Assembly (NCBI RefSeq): GCF_009914755.1
Contig: NC_060936.1
Strand: one strand, 5' to 3'
Origin: the human T2T-CHM13v2.0 reference genome, Homo sapiens
DNA: 64,000 nucleotides
Part shown: piece by piece, positions 21,330 through 35,982 of the stretch
Layout: each line of letters begins with the position of its first letter
Position numbering within the stretch: position 1 is the stretch's first letter
Translations under genes and position numbers: made by a program
Notes under the pieces: generated by a model
Told to the model about the DNA's origin: nothing
Databases searched by the model: none
The model's input: only the letters and a program-made list of their open reading frames with translations

Positions 21330-21456
21330 AACTTTCTAGTATACCACAATCATGTGATTTATAACATGTGACTAATTGTTCTTATTTCATAGGCAACTTT
21401 CTAGTATACCGCAATCATGTGATTTATAACATGTGACCAATTGTTCTCATTTCTAG
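21330..21456 (+). repeat. Tandem duplication (~63 bp x2) of the ZNF268 last-exon branch point and 3' splice site
   Basis: AACTTTCTAGTATACC(A/G)CAATCATGTGATTTATAACATGTGAC(T/C)AATTGTTCT(T/C)ATTTC(A)TAG at 21330-21392 and 21395-21456. Confidence 0.95.
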
Positions 21457-23843
21457 ACACAGTCTGGAAAATTGATGATCTTATGGATTGGCATCAGGAA
21501 AATAAAGACAAGCTGGGAAGTACGGCAAAAAGCTTTGAATGCACTACATTTGGAAAACTATGTCTTCTTAGTACAAAGTATCTTTCAAGACAAAAACCTC
21601 ATAAATGTGGCACGCATGGAAAGAGTTTGAAATATATAGATTTCACTAGTGATTATGCTAGAAATAATCCTAATGGGTTTCAGGTACATGGAAAATCATT
21701 CTTCCATTCTAAACATGAGCAAACTGTTATTGGAATAAAATACTGTGAAAGTATTGAATCTGGAAAAACCGTCAATAAGAAATCGCAACTTATGTGCCAA
21801 CAAATGTATATGGGCGAAAAACCCTTTGGATGCAGCTGTTGTGAGAAAGCCTTCAGCAGCAAGTCATACCTTCTAGTGCATCAGCAAACTCATGCCGAAG
21901 AGAAACCCTATGGTTGTAATGAATGTGGGAAAGACTTCAGTAGTAAATCATACCTCATTGTACATCAGAGAATTCATACAGGAGAGAAACTACATGAATG
22001 CAGTGAATGCAGGAAAACATTCAGTTTCCATTCACAGCTTGTTATACATCAGAGAATTCACACAGGTGAGAATCCCTATGAGTGCTGTGAATGTGGGAAA
22101 GTCTTCAGTAGGAAAGACCAGCTTGTTTCACACCAGAAAACTCATTCAGGACAGAAACCATATGTGTGTAATGAATGTGGGAAAGCTTTTGGTTTAAAAT
22201 CACAGCTCATTATACATGAAAGAATTCATACAGGAGAGAAACCATATGAATGCAATGAATGTCAGAAAGCCTTTAATACAAAGTCAAACCTTATGGTACA
22301 TCAGAGAACCCATACAGGGGAGAAACCTTATGTTTGTAGTGATTGTGGAAAAGCCTTTACATTCAAGTCACAGCTCATTGTACATCAGGGGATTCACACA
22401 GGAGTAAAGCCCTATGGGTGTATTCAGTGTGGTAAAGGATTCAGTTTGAAATCACAGCTCATTGTACATCAGAGAAGTCACACAGGAATGAAACCTTATG
22501 TATGCAATGAATGTGGCAAAGCCTTCAGGAGCAAGTCATACCTTATTATACATACAAGGACTCATACAGGAGAAAAACTCCATGAATGCAACAATTGTGG
22601 GAAAGCCTTCAGTTTTAAATCACAGCTCATTATACATCAGAGGATTCATACAGGAGAGAACCCCTATGAATGCCATGAATGTGGGAAAGCCTTCAGTCGG
22701 AAATACCAGCTTATTTCACACCAGAGAACTCATGCAGGAGAGAAGCCTTATGAATGCACCGACTGTGGAAAGGCTTTTGGTTTAAAGTCACAGCTTATTA
22801 TACACCAGAGAACTCATACAGGGGAGAAACCATTTGAATGTAGTGAGTGTCAGAAAGCCTTTAATACAAAGTCAAACCTGATTGTACATCAGAGAACTCA
22901 TACAGGAGAGAAACCCTATAGTTGTAATGAATGTGGAAAAGCCTTTACGTTCAAATCACAGCTCATTGTACATAAAGGAGTGCACACTGGAGTAAAACCC
23001 TATGGATGCAGTCAATGTGCAAAAACCTTTAGTTTGAAGTCCCAGCTCATTGTACATCAGAGAAGTCACACAGGAGTAAAACCATATGGATGCAGTGAGT
23101 GTGGGAAAGCCTTCAGGAGCAAGTCATACCTTATTATACATATGAGAACTCATACAGGAGAGAAACCACATGAGTGCAGGGAATGCGGGAAATCCTTTAG
23201 TTTCAATTCACAACTCATTGTGCATCAGAGAATTCACACAGGAGAAAATCCCTATGAATGCAGTGAATGTGGGAAAGCCTTTAATAGGAAAGACCAGCTC
23301 ATTTCACATCAGCGAACTCATGCAGGGGAAAAGCCTTATGGGTGCAGTGAATGTGGGAAAGCTTTTAGCAGCAAGTCATACCTAATTATACACATGAGAA
23401 CTCATTCAGGTGAAAAACCATATGAATGTAATGAATGTGGGAAAGCCTTCATTTGGAAATCACTACTCATTGTACATGAGCGAACTCATGCAGGGGTCAA
23501 CCCTTATAAATGCAGTCAATGTGAGAAATCCTTCAGTGGGAAATTACGCCTTCTTGTACACCAGAGAATGCACACAAGAGAGAAACCATATGAATGCAGT
23601 GAGTGTGGAAAAGCCTTCATTAGGAATTCTCAACTCATTGTACATCAAAGAACTCATTCAGGAGAGAAACCCTATGGGTGCAATGAATGTGGGAAAACCT
23701 TCTCTCAAAAATCAATTCTCAGTGCACATCAGAGAACACATACAGGAGAGAAGCCTTGTAAGTGCACTGAATGTGGGAAAGCCTTTTGTTGGAAGTCACA
23801 GCTCATTATGCATCAGAGAACTCATGTAGATGACAAACATTGA
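21457..23843 (+). CDS. ZNF268: ZNF268 terminal coding exon: spacer plus 24 tandem C2H2 zinc fingers
   Basis: ORF 21441-23843 has 24 C-x2-C-x12-H-x3-H units with TGEKPY-type linkers. TTCTAG acceptor at 21455-21456. Spliced CDS 33+201+127+96+2387 = 2844 nt = 947 aa plus stop. Confidence 0.98.
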
Positions 23844-24409
23844 TAATTTTACGAAACTCTGAAAAGTGGATTCACAAGAGATAGAAACAATCATATATAA
23901 AGAGAAACTCTGTAAGTGGAATCATCTTGTCATCTTCCAGAAAACTCATACTGAATAGAACTTTATGAATGCACAGCATATGGAAAGGCATCCACAGAAA
24001 GCTGTTCTTTACATGCAAAAAGATAGTAGACAATACACAGGAAAACTGAATTTAGTAACCACTCTGAAAATTTTTAGCAGCAAGTCATACCTTTTTTTAA
24101 AAAGTTCATACAGGTGAGGAACCATGTTAAACGTTGTAAAGTCATTTTACTAACATAAGATTCACAAAGAGGAAACTTCATGAACCAGATGAATATAGAA
24201 TAGACTTCTTTGAAATTCATAGTTTACAGAATTTTAATGAGAGAAATTATTGAGCTAATGAATGGCAGAATTAACAAAATTACAAACATTTTATGTATCG
24301 GAAGCATATACCTTGGAGGGACCATGCTATGAGGGAAAGTGTAAATCTAGAAATGAGAAACCCCTAGGGAAAAAATATATATAGGAGTGAACATCTTATG
24401 AATGTACCA

Positions 24410-24415
24410 AATAAA
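24410..24415 (+). terminator. ZNF268: Candidate proximal poly(A) signal of ZNF268 (AATAAA)
   Basis: AATAAA about 570 nt after the stop. A genomic A-run follows at ~24457-24487, so cDNA ends here could be priming artefacts. Confidence 0.45.
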
Positions 24416-26597
24416 CCACAGCTGGACTGTTAACCTCACCTTAGAAGCTTCATTCTAAAAAAAAAAAAAAACAAAAAAAAAAAAACAACCTGTTAATATA
24501 TCTTAATATTAATTTTGAAGAATTATTTCCTTTAGGAATCATTTTAAGAAATTTTATTCCAGGTGTTCCAAAATTTCAGGAAAAGGTTTGAGAAAATTCT
24601 CAATTATAAATAATAAGATACAGATTATTTCATTGTACAAGTGAATCTAGTAAGGAGGTTAAGAATAAGAAATAACATCCCAGAGCCTACAGGGATATTT
24701 AGATATCTTCCTATGTGTACTACATAATATGAATTTTGCAGTTTGGCATTTTACTTGTGAATGCCATATGTGAGACAAAAATCATCTTCCAGAGATTTCA
24801 GTATCTCTGATACTGACAATATCTCTGATATGACAATATCATCTTCCAGAGATTTCTACTCTGCATACCAACATTGTTTCTTTGTGTCTTACCAAATGCA
24901 ACTTGTTACTAGAATATGACTTATTAAAAATGCATTTCCACACTGCAAACATTTTTTAGGGCTATCTTCTGCCCTTTGGAAGCAGTCTTGGCAGCAACCT
25001 CTTTAGTAATCAATATAAGGCACACTTCATGTGTTTGTGTAGCCTGGAATCTATTCTACCTTCACAGGTTAGAACATCTTGATTTCCTCTTAACGAAACA
25101 TTCCCTAACGGTGTATGTAGTCATGAGGGAACCACCATTCAAGATGCCCTGCTCAGGACTTGGCATGAGCACTATGGTCAGCTGAGGCTCAGAACTGTAC
25201 ATTGTTAATGGGTTTTTCAAGTTCAGAAAAGCAACATGAGCTTTTGTTCTATGGTAGCATGTTGATGTAATAAGTAGCTATTTCAATAGAGGTTCCCAGA
25301 ACAGCTTTTGTTACTGTCATTTGCTTAACTTTGTTCACTTGTCTTTTATTTTGAGCTATTGGGTGTGCTTTTAATACATTCCTTGTTTGATTGCATTAGC
25401 CATTGTGTATCTTTTGCATACAGCTTACTAAATCAGATGGCTTCAGAAATGGGTGGTAGAGGAGTAGGCAGAAACTTGCAAGGATATGTGGATATTTGGA
25501 AATGGTTGTTTCCCAAGACAGGATGGAAGTCTTTTAAGCAAGAAACTTGGCCCATGCTATGAAGTCATGAAATGAATTGTTGGCATCATGTGCTCACTGA
25601 GGCTTTGGGGAAATGGATAAGTTGTCATTGAAAAATTTTAAACAGAATTCTGGAGTGGTCAAGAGGGGAATGCTTTTGATACCCATGTATAACATGGAGA
25701 ATAATGATCTTAAAACTTCAATTTAAGATTATGTGTCAGTGATACTACTTAGTTACATGTAGCTATAGAGTCAGAGTGGTGAAAAACTCTGCCAGTTGCT
25801 TACTCACAAAGTTAGTTTTCTTCACTACCTCATCAGGTTTGTTATGTGAGTGGGCATTAATCTGGGAAGAGTGGGACCCTGCCAGTTAGATTAGGGCTAT
25901 CTTGGAGGAATATGCGGATTCAATACTGCAAATATTTCTGAAACACCTTCTGCTTTGTACTCTATTAGATACCCAAAGAAATTTTCATCCTTGAAGCGGA
26001 GGAATTTAATGATACCTGAATGCCTAACTGTTGTATTCTGCTTATACAGAATCCAATCTCAAGATACTTGGGGTGAAGAATGATGATTCACAGAAGGGAA
26101 GGGACATCTTACATAAACAAATAATTGCAGATACTTGCTAAAGTGTATCCCCCAATCTGGGAAATACTGTAAAGGTGTATATTATTATTGATGTACCAAA
26201 GAAGACAGAATAAATTCATAGGAGAAAGTTTATATTCAGTTTACTACTACCTAGGGTTAGATTTTAGTTTGTTGTTTTTTCAGATGCAAATCTACATGCA
26301 GCCTTGCCTGGTAGAAGCCAGAAGTGTTGACAGTATTGAGGACAGCACTCACATACTGTGGGAAAGAATAATACTTGATTAGGACTTATTATTTAATGAA
26401 ATGAAAATTTTACAAAACAGAAATTGAGTTACTGGTTTGTAAATCTATCTAGTCCTTCTACCCCAGCCCCAGAAAAGAAAGACATTCCAGAGACTTTTCA
26501 GGAATAGTTATTATAAGGAAAATCCAAGGAAAAATAACCCCAATATTTTACAACTTCCCCATCAAATAGAAATTTAGGAGAAAAAATGACTTGCAAA

Positions 26598-26653
26598 CCA
26601 TATTTGTGAACATAGGTTTAAAAATCCATATTTGTGAACATAGGTTTAAAAAT
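26598..26653. repeat. Perfect 28-bp tandem duplication
   Basis: CCATATTTGTGAACATAGGTTTAAAAAT x2. Confidence 0.95.
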
Positions 26654-26809
26654 TCTAAATGGAATTATAGCAAACCAATGTATAGCTAACAAGAAAGTCA
26701 TGATATTAGGTTTAACAGACTATTAGTGGATCCAGCATCCTTTGTTCATTACCAGCAGAATCACTATTATTTATAATGGCAGTATGCCCACTTAAAAAGA
26801 GATATATGG

Positions 26810-29110
<2,301 letters not shown>

Positions 29111-29479
29111 AGCAAGCACATAGGGTGCACATTTGCCCTTCCCTCTTGGGATCCAGGGTGATCCCACAGGTGCTGTTCATCCCCAACTTTGACCTGGACT
29201 GTTCCAGTGTTTTGTCGCAGTGTTTCTCCCTTTTTTTGTACTGGGATTTCTCCCCAGAAACAAACCCATATGTATAAAAAGTAGTTGGGCTTGCTATAAA
29301 GATGACTAGTGGAAACCTCAATAGAGGTACGATTTCCTAAAATAAATCTTGTTCAGATATTACAGGGCAAAGTAAAACAGCAAAGCTCCCTCCTCAGCAC
29401 TCAGGGTGCAGGCCTCACTTTTCCTCATCTTTTCCTCCTGTGGCCTCCATGTATCCCAAAGGTGAGATGACATCGCCCC

Positions 29480-30110
29480 AGATTGGTCCGGAAAGTGCAC
29501 TGGTCGTCACTGTGGGTGTACCCTACAGGAGTCTTCAGATATGGAAGCTCTGGATCTCACTGTGATGTATCCCCCTAGGGGGTCCCCAGGTTGTGAGGAA
29601 AAGGAAGCTTTAGTCCTCACTGTGGTTGCATCCCCCACCACGGGTCAGTCCTGAGGAGGATACTCTGGTCATCACTGTGATCTACCTCCCAGGGGTCCCC
29701 AGGTTGGTCCTGAGGAGAAGGAAGCTCAGAACCTCACTGTGGATTTGCCCCACGAGGGTCCCTAGGTCAGTCCTGAAGAGAAACAAGCTCCAGTCTTCAC
29801 TGTGGTTGTGCCCCACAGTGGTCCTCAGGTTGGCCAGTGGAGAAGGAAGCTCTGGTTCTCAGTGTGATGCATCCCCCAGGTTGGTCCTGAGATGAGGTAA
29901 ATTCTGGTCATCACTGTGAAGTGCCCTCGGGGGTCTCCGGGTCCTGAGTAGAAGCAAGGTCTGTTTGTCACTGTGGATTCCCCCCTGCCAAGGGTCCCCA
30001 GGTCAGTCCTGAGGAGAAGGCAGCTCGGTCTTTACTGTGATGCAGCCTCTAGTGATCCCCAGGTCCTGAGTAGAAGGAAGGCCTGGTCCTCTGTGGATTC
30101 AACCCAGAGG
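29480..30110. repeat. Diverged minisatellite, about 11 units of 50-64 bp
   Basis: TCACTGTG-like anchor recurs at 29507, 29557, 29617, 29672, 29734, 29797, 29859, 29911, 29968, 30032 and ~30088. Core is GGGTCCCCAGGTTGGTCCTGAGGAGAAGGAAGCTCTGGTC. Confidence 0.85.
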
Positions 30111-30719
30111 TCTGTGAGCAGAATGCAGGTACTGCAAGCAGGCTAGACAAGGTGTGTGCTTGCACCCCTTCCTTACTACCTAGGCACAGTGTTGGATGGT
30201 CAGTGCTTCCTGTTTTGTGATGGCCATGTGCCCCCTCTTGCAGTCCCAGTGAACCCCTGAAATTCAATCTTACGATTTTCCATGCCATAATTTTGGAAAA
30301 CGAAACTGAAATAGAGTCCATCATTCCATGCCTTAATTGGAATGGATAGAGATAATAAAAGGCAAAGTAGATGGCCATAGACAAAAGTCAAGTGATTTCC
30401 TATATATTTGAAATAATGTATAGCAATAATTGGAATTTGTAATGAATAAAATCATTCAAAAAAATCTGAAAAAGTGTTTGTATGCAAAATATACAAAAAA
30501 AAACCCTAAAATTGAACAAGAAGACAACCCAATTAAAAATGGGGACAGATCCAAATACATACTTTCCAAAGATATACAGATGGTGGCCAGGCACGGTGGC
30601 TCACGCCTGTAATCCCAGCACTTTGGGAGGCCGAGGCGGGCAGATCACCTGAGGTCCGGAGTTCGAGACCAGCCTGACCAACATGGAGAAACCCTGTCTC
30701 TACTAAAAATACAAAATTA

Positions 30720-30937
<218 letters not shown>

Positions 30938-31730
30938 TCATGAGGGAAAAGCAAATTAAAACAACGAGATAGCACCGCACATCTATTAAAGTGACTATAA
31001 TCTAAAAATAAGTAAATTTGCAATTGCAACAGGAACTCTCATTCATTGCTGGTGCAATGCATAATAGTATAGCCACTTTGGAAGATAGTTTGACTTTTCC
31101 CCAAAGCTAAACAAAGCTTCACAATATGAGCCAACAATCACACTCCTAGGTATTTAGATAACTGCTTTGAAAACATAGGAGTTTGATCTAAACAAAACCC
31201 AGCATGTACTCATGTACAGCAGCTCTTTTCATAACAGACAAATACTTTAAGGAATCAGGATAACCTTCAATAGGTGAATGAATAACTAGGCTGGGGTACA
31301 TCCATGCAATGGAGTCCTGTTCAGCAAGAGCAAGCTCTGAGGCCATGCAGGACATGGATGAATCTGATAGGCATATTGCTAAGTGAAAGAGACCAGTGTG
31401 AAAAGGCTGTATGATCCTATTTCTATGATGTTATGGAAAAGCAGAAACTACAGGGGTAGCAAACATATCTGTGATTGATGACAGTTTGTAGAGGGCAGGG
31501 AGTGAGTTAAATAGGAGGATATAATGATAGAAACAGGCACAAATGGGCCTTTGGAGAGTGTACTCCCTCTGCTTGGTGAAATTATGCTGGGTGTGTGTGG
31601 AAGAGCCTGGGATGTATAATGCCAGCATGAACAAAAAGGCCACTTATCACTCCAGGAGAGCAGGGTGTTCTTTCATCACACATGAAATTATTTCAGGATC
31701 AGTTCCAAGGGAGACTTTCATGTGTGATTT

Positions 31731-31830
31731 TATATATATATATATATATGTATATATACACACACACATACACACACACATATATACACATATATATACA
31801 CATATACACATATATATACACATATATATA
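31731..31830. repeat. (TA)n/(CA)n compound microsatellite
   Basis: TATATATA...CACACACA...TATACACATATA. Confidence 0.95.
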
Positions 31831-32075
31831 ATAAGAACATTTACCATTTTAACTATTTTTAAGTGTACACTTCAGTGGCATGAAGTACATTATTTCCATT
31901 ATTGTGCAACTATCATTTTACATTCCACCAGCAGTGCACAAGGCTTCCAATTTCTCCACATACTTCCCAATATTAATTAGTTTGTTTCTCTCTCATTTCA
32001 TAGGCATGATCATAACTCACTGCAGCCCCAACCTCCTGGGCTCAAGGGATCCTTCCACCTCAGCCTCCTGGGTAG

Positions 32076-32228
<153 letters not shown>

Positions 32229-32604
32229 TGAGTAGCTGGGATTACAGGCATGTGCCACCATGTATGGCTATTTTTTGTATTTTTAGTAGAGACAGGGTTT
32301 CACCATGTTGGCCAGGCCAGGCTAGTCTCAAACTCCTGTCCTCAAGTGATCCACTTACCTTGGCCTCCCAAAGTGCTGGGATTACAGGCTTGAACCACTG
32401 CACTTGGCCTCCATATTTTTTATAATAGCCACTCTAACATGTATGAAATGGTATCTCATTGTGGTTTTGATTTTCCTTTACCTAATGGCTAGTGATGTTG
32501 AAAATCTTTTCATGTACTTCTTGGCACTGGATTTGGCAATGATTTATTGGATATGACACCAGAAGCATGGGAAACAAAAGAAAAAATAGGTAAATTGGAC
32601 TTCA

Positions 32605-32901
<297 letters not shown>

Positions 32902-34059
32902 TCATGCTACTGCACTCCAGCCCAGGTGACAGAGCAAGAAAGCAAAATTCCATCTTAAAAAAAAAAAAAGGCCGGGTGTGGTGGCTCACGCCTGTAATCC
33001 TAGCACTTTGGGAGGCTGAGGCAGGTGGATCACGAGGTCAGGAGATCGAAACCATCCTGGCTAATGTGGTGAAACCCTGTCTCTACAAAAAAATACAAAA
33101 AATTAGCCAGGCTGGTAGTGGAAGCCTGTAGTCCCAGCTACTTGGGAGGCTGAGGAAGGAGAATGGCGTGAACCTGGAACCAGTGAGCCCAGATCTCACC
33201 ACTGCACTCCAGCCTGGGCGACAGAGCGAGACTCCGTCTCAAAAAAAAAAAGGTGAATATAGGAGAAAAGACACTGTAAAATAATATACCTGATAAGGGT
33301 CTAGTATCCAGAACATATAAAGAACTCTTACAACCCAACAACAAAAAGACAACCCAATATCAAAATGGGCAGAGGACTTGAAGAGACTTTTCTGTAAAGA
33401 AGATATGCAAATAGCATATGAAACGATACTCAACATCACTAGCCATCATGGAAATATAAATCAAAAATACAATGAGATAACACTCCATACCCATCAGAAT
33501 GTCTTATTATTTTAAAAACAAACCAGAAACAAGTATTGACAAAGAAGTGGAGAAATGTGAACACCGCTGTAAAATGGTAAAGCTGCTATGACTGACCCTT
33601 GCTACAACGTGGAGGAACCTCAGAAACATTGTGCTGAGAACCCAGCACAAGGCCACACACCTGTAATCCCAGCTACTCGGGAGGCTGAGGTGGGAGGGTC
33701 GCTTGAGCCTGGGAGTTCAAGTCCAGTCTGGGCAGCATAGCAAGACTCCATGTCTACAAAGATAAAAATAAAAGCAATGTGCAGAAAGAGGCTGGCCACA
33801 AAAAGGTCACATACTGTATGATACCACTTATATGAAATACCCAGAATGGGTAAATCCAAAGAGAGCATATTGGTGGTTGTCAAGGGTCGGAGGGAGGATG
33901 AAATGTGTGACAGCTGCTTAATGGATGGAGGATTTCCTTTGGGGTGATGCAACTATTTTGGAACTAAGAGGTGGTGGCTGCACAATGTTGTGCATGGACT
34001 AAATGTCACAGAAATGTACATTTTTAAAAGTTAATTTTATATTGTGTAAATTTTACCTC

Positions 34060-34065
34060 AATAAA
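34060..34065 (+). terminator. ZNF268: Candidate distal poly(A) signal (AATAAA from the 3' end of an old L1M)
   Basis: TTTTACCTCAATAAAAAAA is the typical L1M 3' terminus, sense to ZNF268. Its use by ZNF268 is inference. Confidence 0.35.
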
Positions 34066-35294
34066 AAAATCTAGTCCACAGCATTCCCTCACCAGGGTCA
34101 GCCCTCTTAGCCTCACATTTAAGTCCCTCCATAGCCCAGTGCTGCCTGGGCCTGGCCAACCACATTCCAGACATGTGCTCCAGCCACACCATCTGCCAGC
34201 TCCTAAACCCATGGCTGTTTCATCATTCCAGGTCCAGGTCACCTTCTGATGCCTTCACAGACACTAAGTGATCAGCAGTGCCTCCTTAGGGCACACAGGG
34301 TCTTTTGAAACTTGCATTGCTGGAATTCATAGCTCGGCACGTGGTATCCAAGGGTTGTCCCATTTCAATAAGGAGAAATCAGTGTTTTCTGACCATCACC
34401 ATGCAGCTCTCTTGCTCAGGTGACTCACAGCTATCTGCTAGGTATGGCTAGTTCCTTGTGCAGAGGGGAGGGCCAGGCTCAGGTGATTGAATGATTCACC
34501 TGCAATCACACAGCCTCCAAGTGAGGTTCACACTCAGGTTCCAGCCCAGAACCTCGTTTCCAGGTGCCACTCAAAGTTTGTGAGTCACATGAACCTGTGT
34601 CCAGGCCACACAGGAGAGGTAACCCAGCTGTGGGGGCACTTGTCTGGTCATGAGATGGCCCAAGTCCCGCGTGAAGCCTCATGAGCCACACAGACCCTAT
34701 CATAAATACACCAGCCTGGGGCTCCCCAGAGGCCAGCTCCAGGAAGTGGAATCATGCTAGTATTGTAATATTTAGTTAGAACTGAGGCCACCTGCAACTC
34801 GCTGCCATCTACACCGCTTCCACTCTCTGGTTGCTAACGATCAATGCTAGGGCCTGCCTCAACCCTGATGATTCAGCTCCACTGAAGCTCCCCAGAAACC
34901 TCCGGGGCTCTGCAGGCAAGCAGAGTGGGAGGGATGTTATCTGAGTCAGAAGGGGCTTTTGCCTTTGGAGGCCTGGGACTGTACGACTTTCTGCCCAGGT
35001 CACAGGAGGTATGGGAGCCCCCATGAGAGGTCCCTTGCTGTGGTTCACCGTCCAGAGAAGGACCAGCCTCTGGTTTTTCCTGCCTTCAAAACACCAGCAC
35101 CTCAACCCCAGAACAGTCTGGATCCAGCCCTTACTGGGCAAGGGATCCCAATGCCAGCCCCAAACCCAGCAGTTAGGCCCTCCTGTGAACTGCCTGGAGC
35201 ACCAGGTACAAGGATGGGGCACCCTGGGAGGGGCCATGATTACTTGGCACCAGCAGGGATATGGTGATCACCAGCAGAGACAGAGACACTGCTG

Positions 35295-35690
35295 GGGTTG
35301 AATTATATCCCCCAAATTCATATGTTCAAGTACTGACCCCCAGTAGCTGTGAATGCGGCCTTATATGGAAATAGGGTCTTTGCAGATGATAAATGTGAGA
35401 TGAAGTAATTAAAGCCAGCCTTAATCCACTATGATTGTGTCCTTATAAAAAGGGGGAATTTGGACACAGACATGCATACAGGGAGGAAGGCTACTGAAGA
35501 CTGAAGCTTCAATGTCACAAGCCAAGAAACAAGTAGAACTGGGGAGAGGCCTGGGGGCAATCCTTTCCACTCTTCAGAAAGAGCATGACTCAGTCTCCTG
35601 GATTTCCCAACTCGGAGACAACAAATCTCCGTTGCTCTAAGCCTCTCAGTTTGTGGTGCTTTGTTACAGCAGCCCTAGGAAAGGAACACA
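35295..35690. mobile_element. MLT1-type MaLR LTR
   Basis: GGTTGAATTATATCCCCCAAATTCATATGTT...TGGAAATAGGGTCTTTGCAGATG...TTTGTTACAGCAGCCCTAGGAAA. Confidence 0.8.
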
Positions 35691-35844
35691 GGCATGCTCC
35701 ATCCACCACTCTCTCCAGACCACAGCTGCCTCCCAAGCCCACCCGAGAGGGTGAGTCAGGGAAGTAGGGCTCTTCATGGGCCACCACTGCTATTGGGTGG
35801 TCATTTCCACTCTGTCTGGAAGTCCTGGTCTCAGTTCTCAGTCT

Positions 35845-35982
35845 CCTGGTGCTGTTTTAGGCTCTACCTTGCTGTCCCTGGGGCTGCACCTGAGCCTCCA
35901 CCCCTGTCCCTGGGGCTGTCCTGAGCTTCTACCTTGCTGTCACTGGAGCTGCCCTGAGCCCCCACCTCGCTGTCCCTGGAGT
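35845..35982. repeat. ~33-bp tandem repeat, about 4 copies
   Basis: CTGTC(C/A)CTGG at 35872, 35904, 35937 and 35970. Confidence 0.8.

Noticed and set aside
21892-23829. Alternative-frame ORFs over the zinc-finger exon (e.g. [10 protein letters not shown]...)
   Set aside because: Standard off-frame shadows of C2H2 repeats.
24457-24487. A-rich run that could mark a processed pseudogene tail
   Set aside because: ZNF268 has intact introns and I see no flanking TSD. Treated as a simple A-tract and internal-priming risk.
25100-26400. Possible ancient ERVL/MaLR internal remnants (also ~15700-16250)
   Set aside because: The resemblance is too weak to call by eye and needs a Dfam search.
29480-30110. 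Repeat-spacer-like appearance reminiscent of a CRISPR array
   Set aside because: Human context with no cas genes. Whole units are homologous, with no unique spacers.
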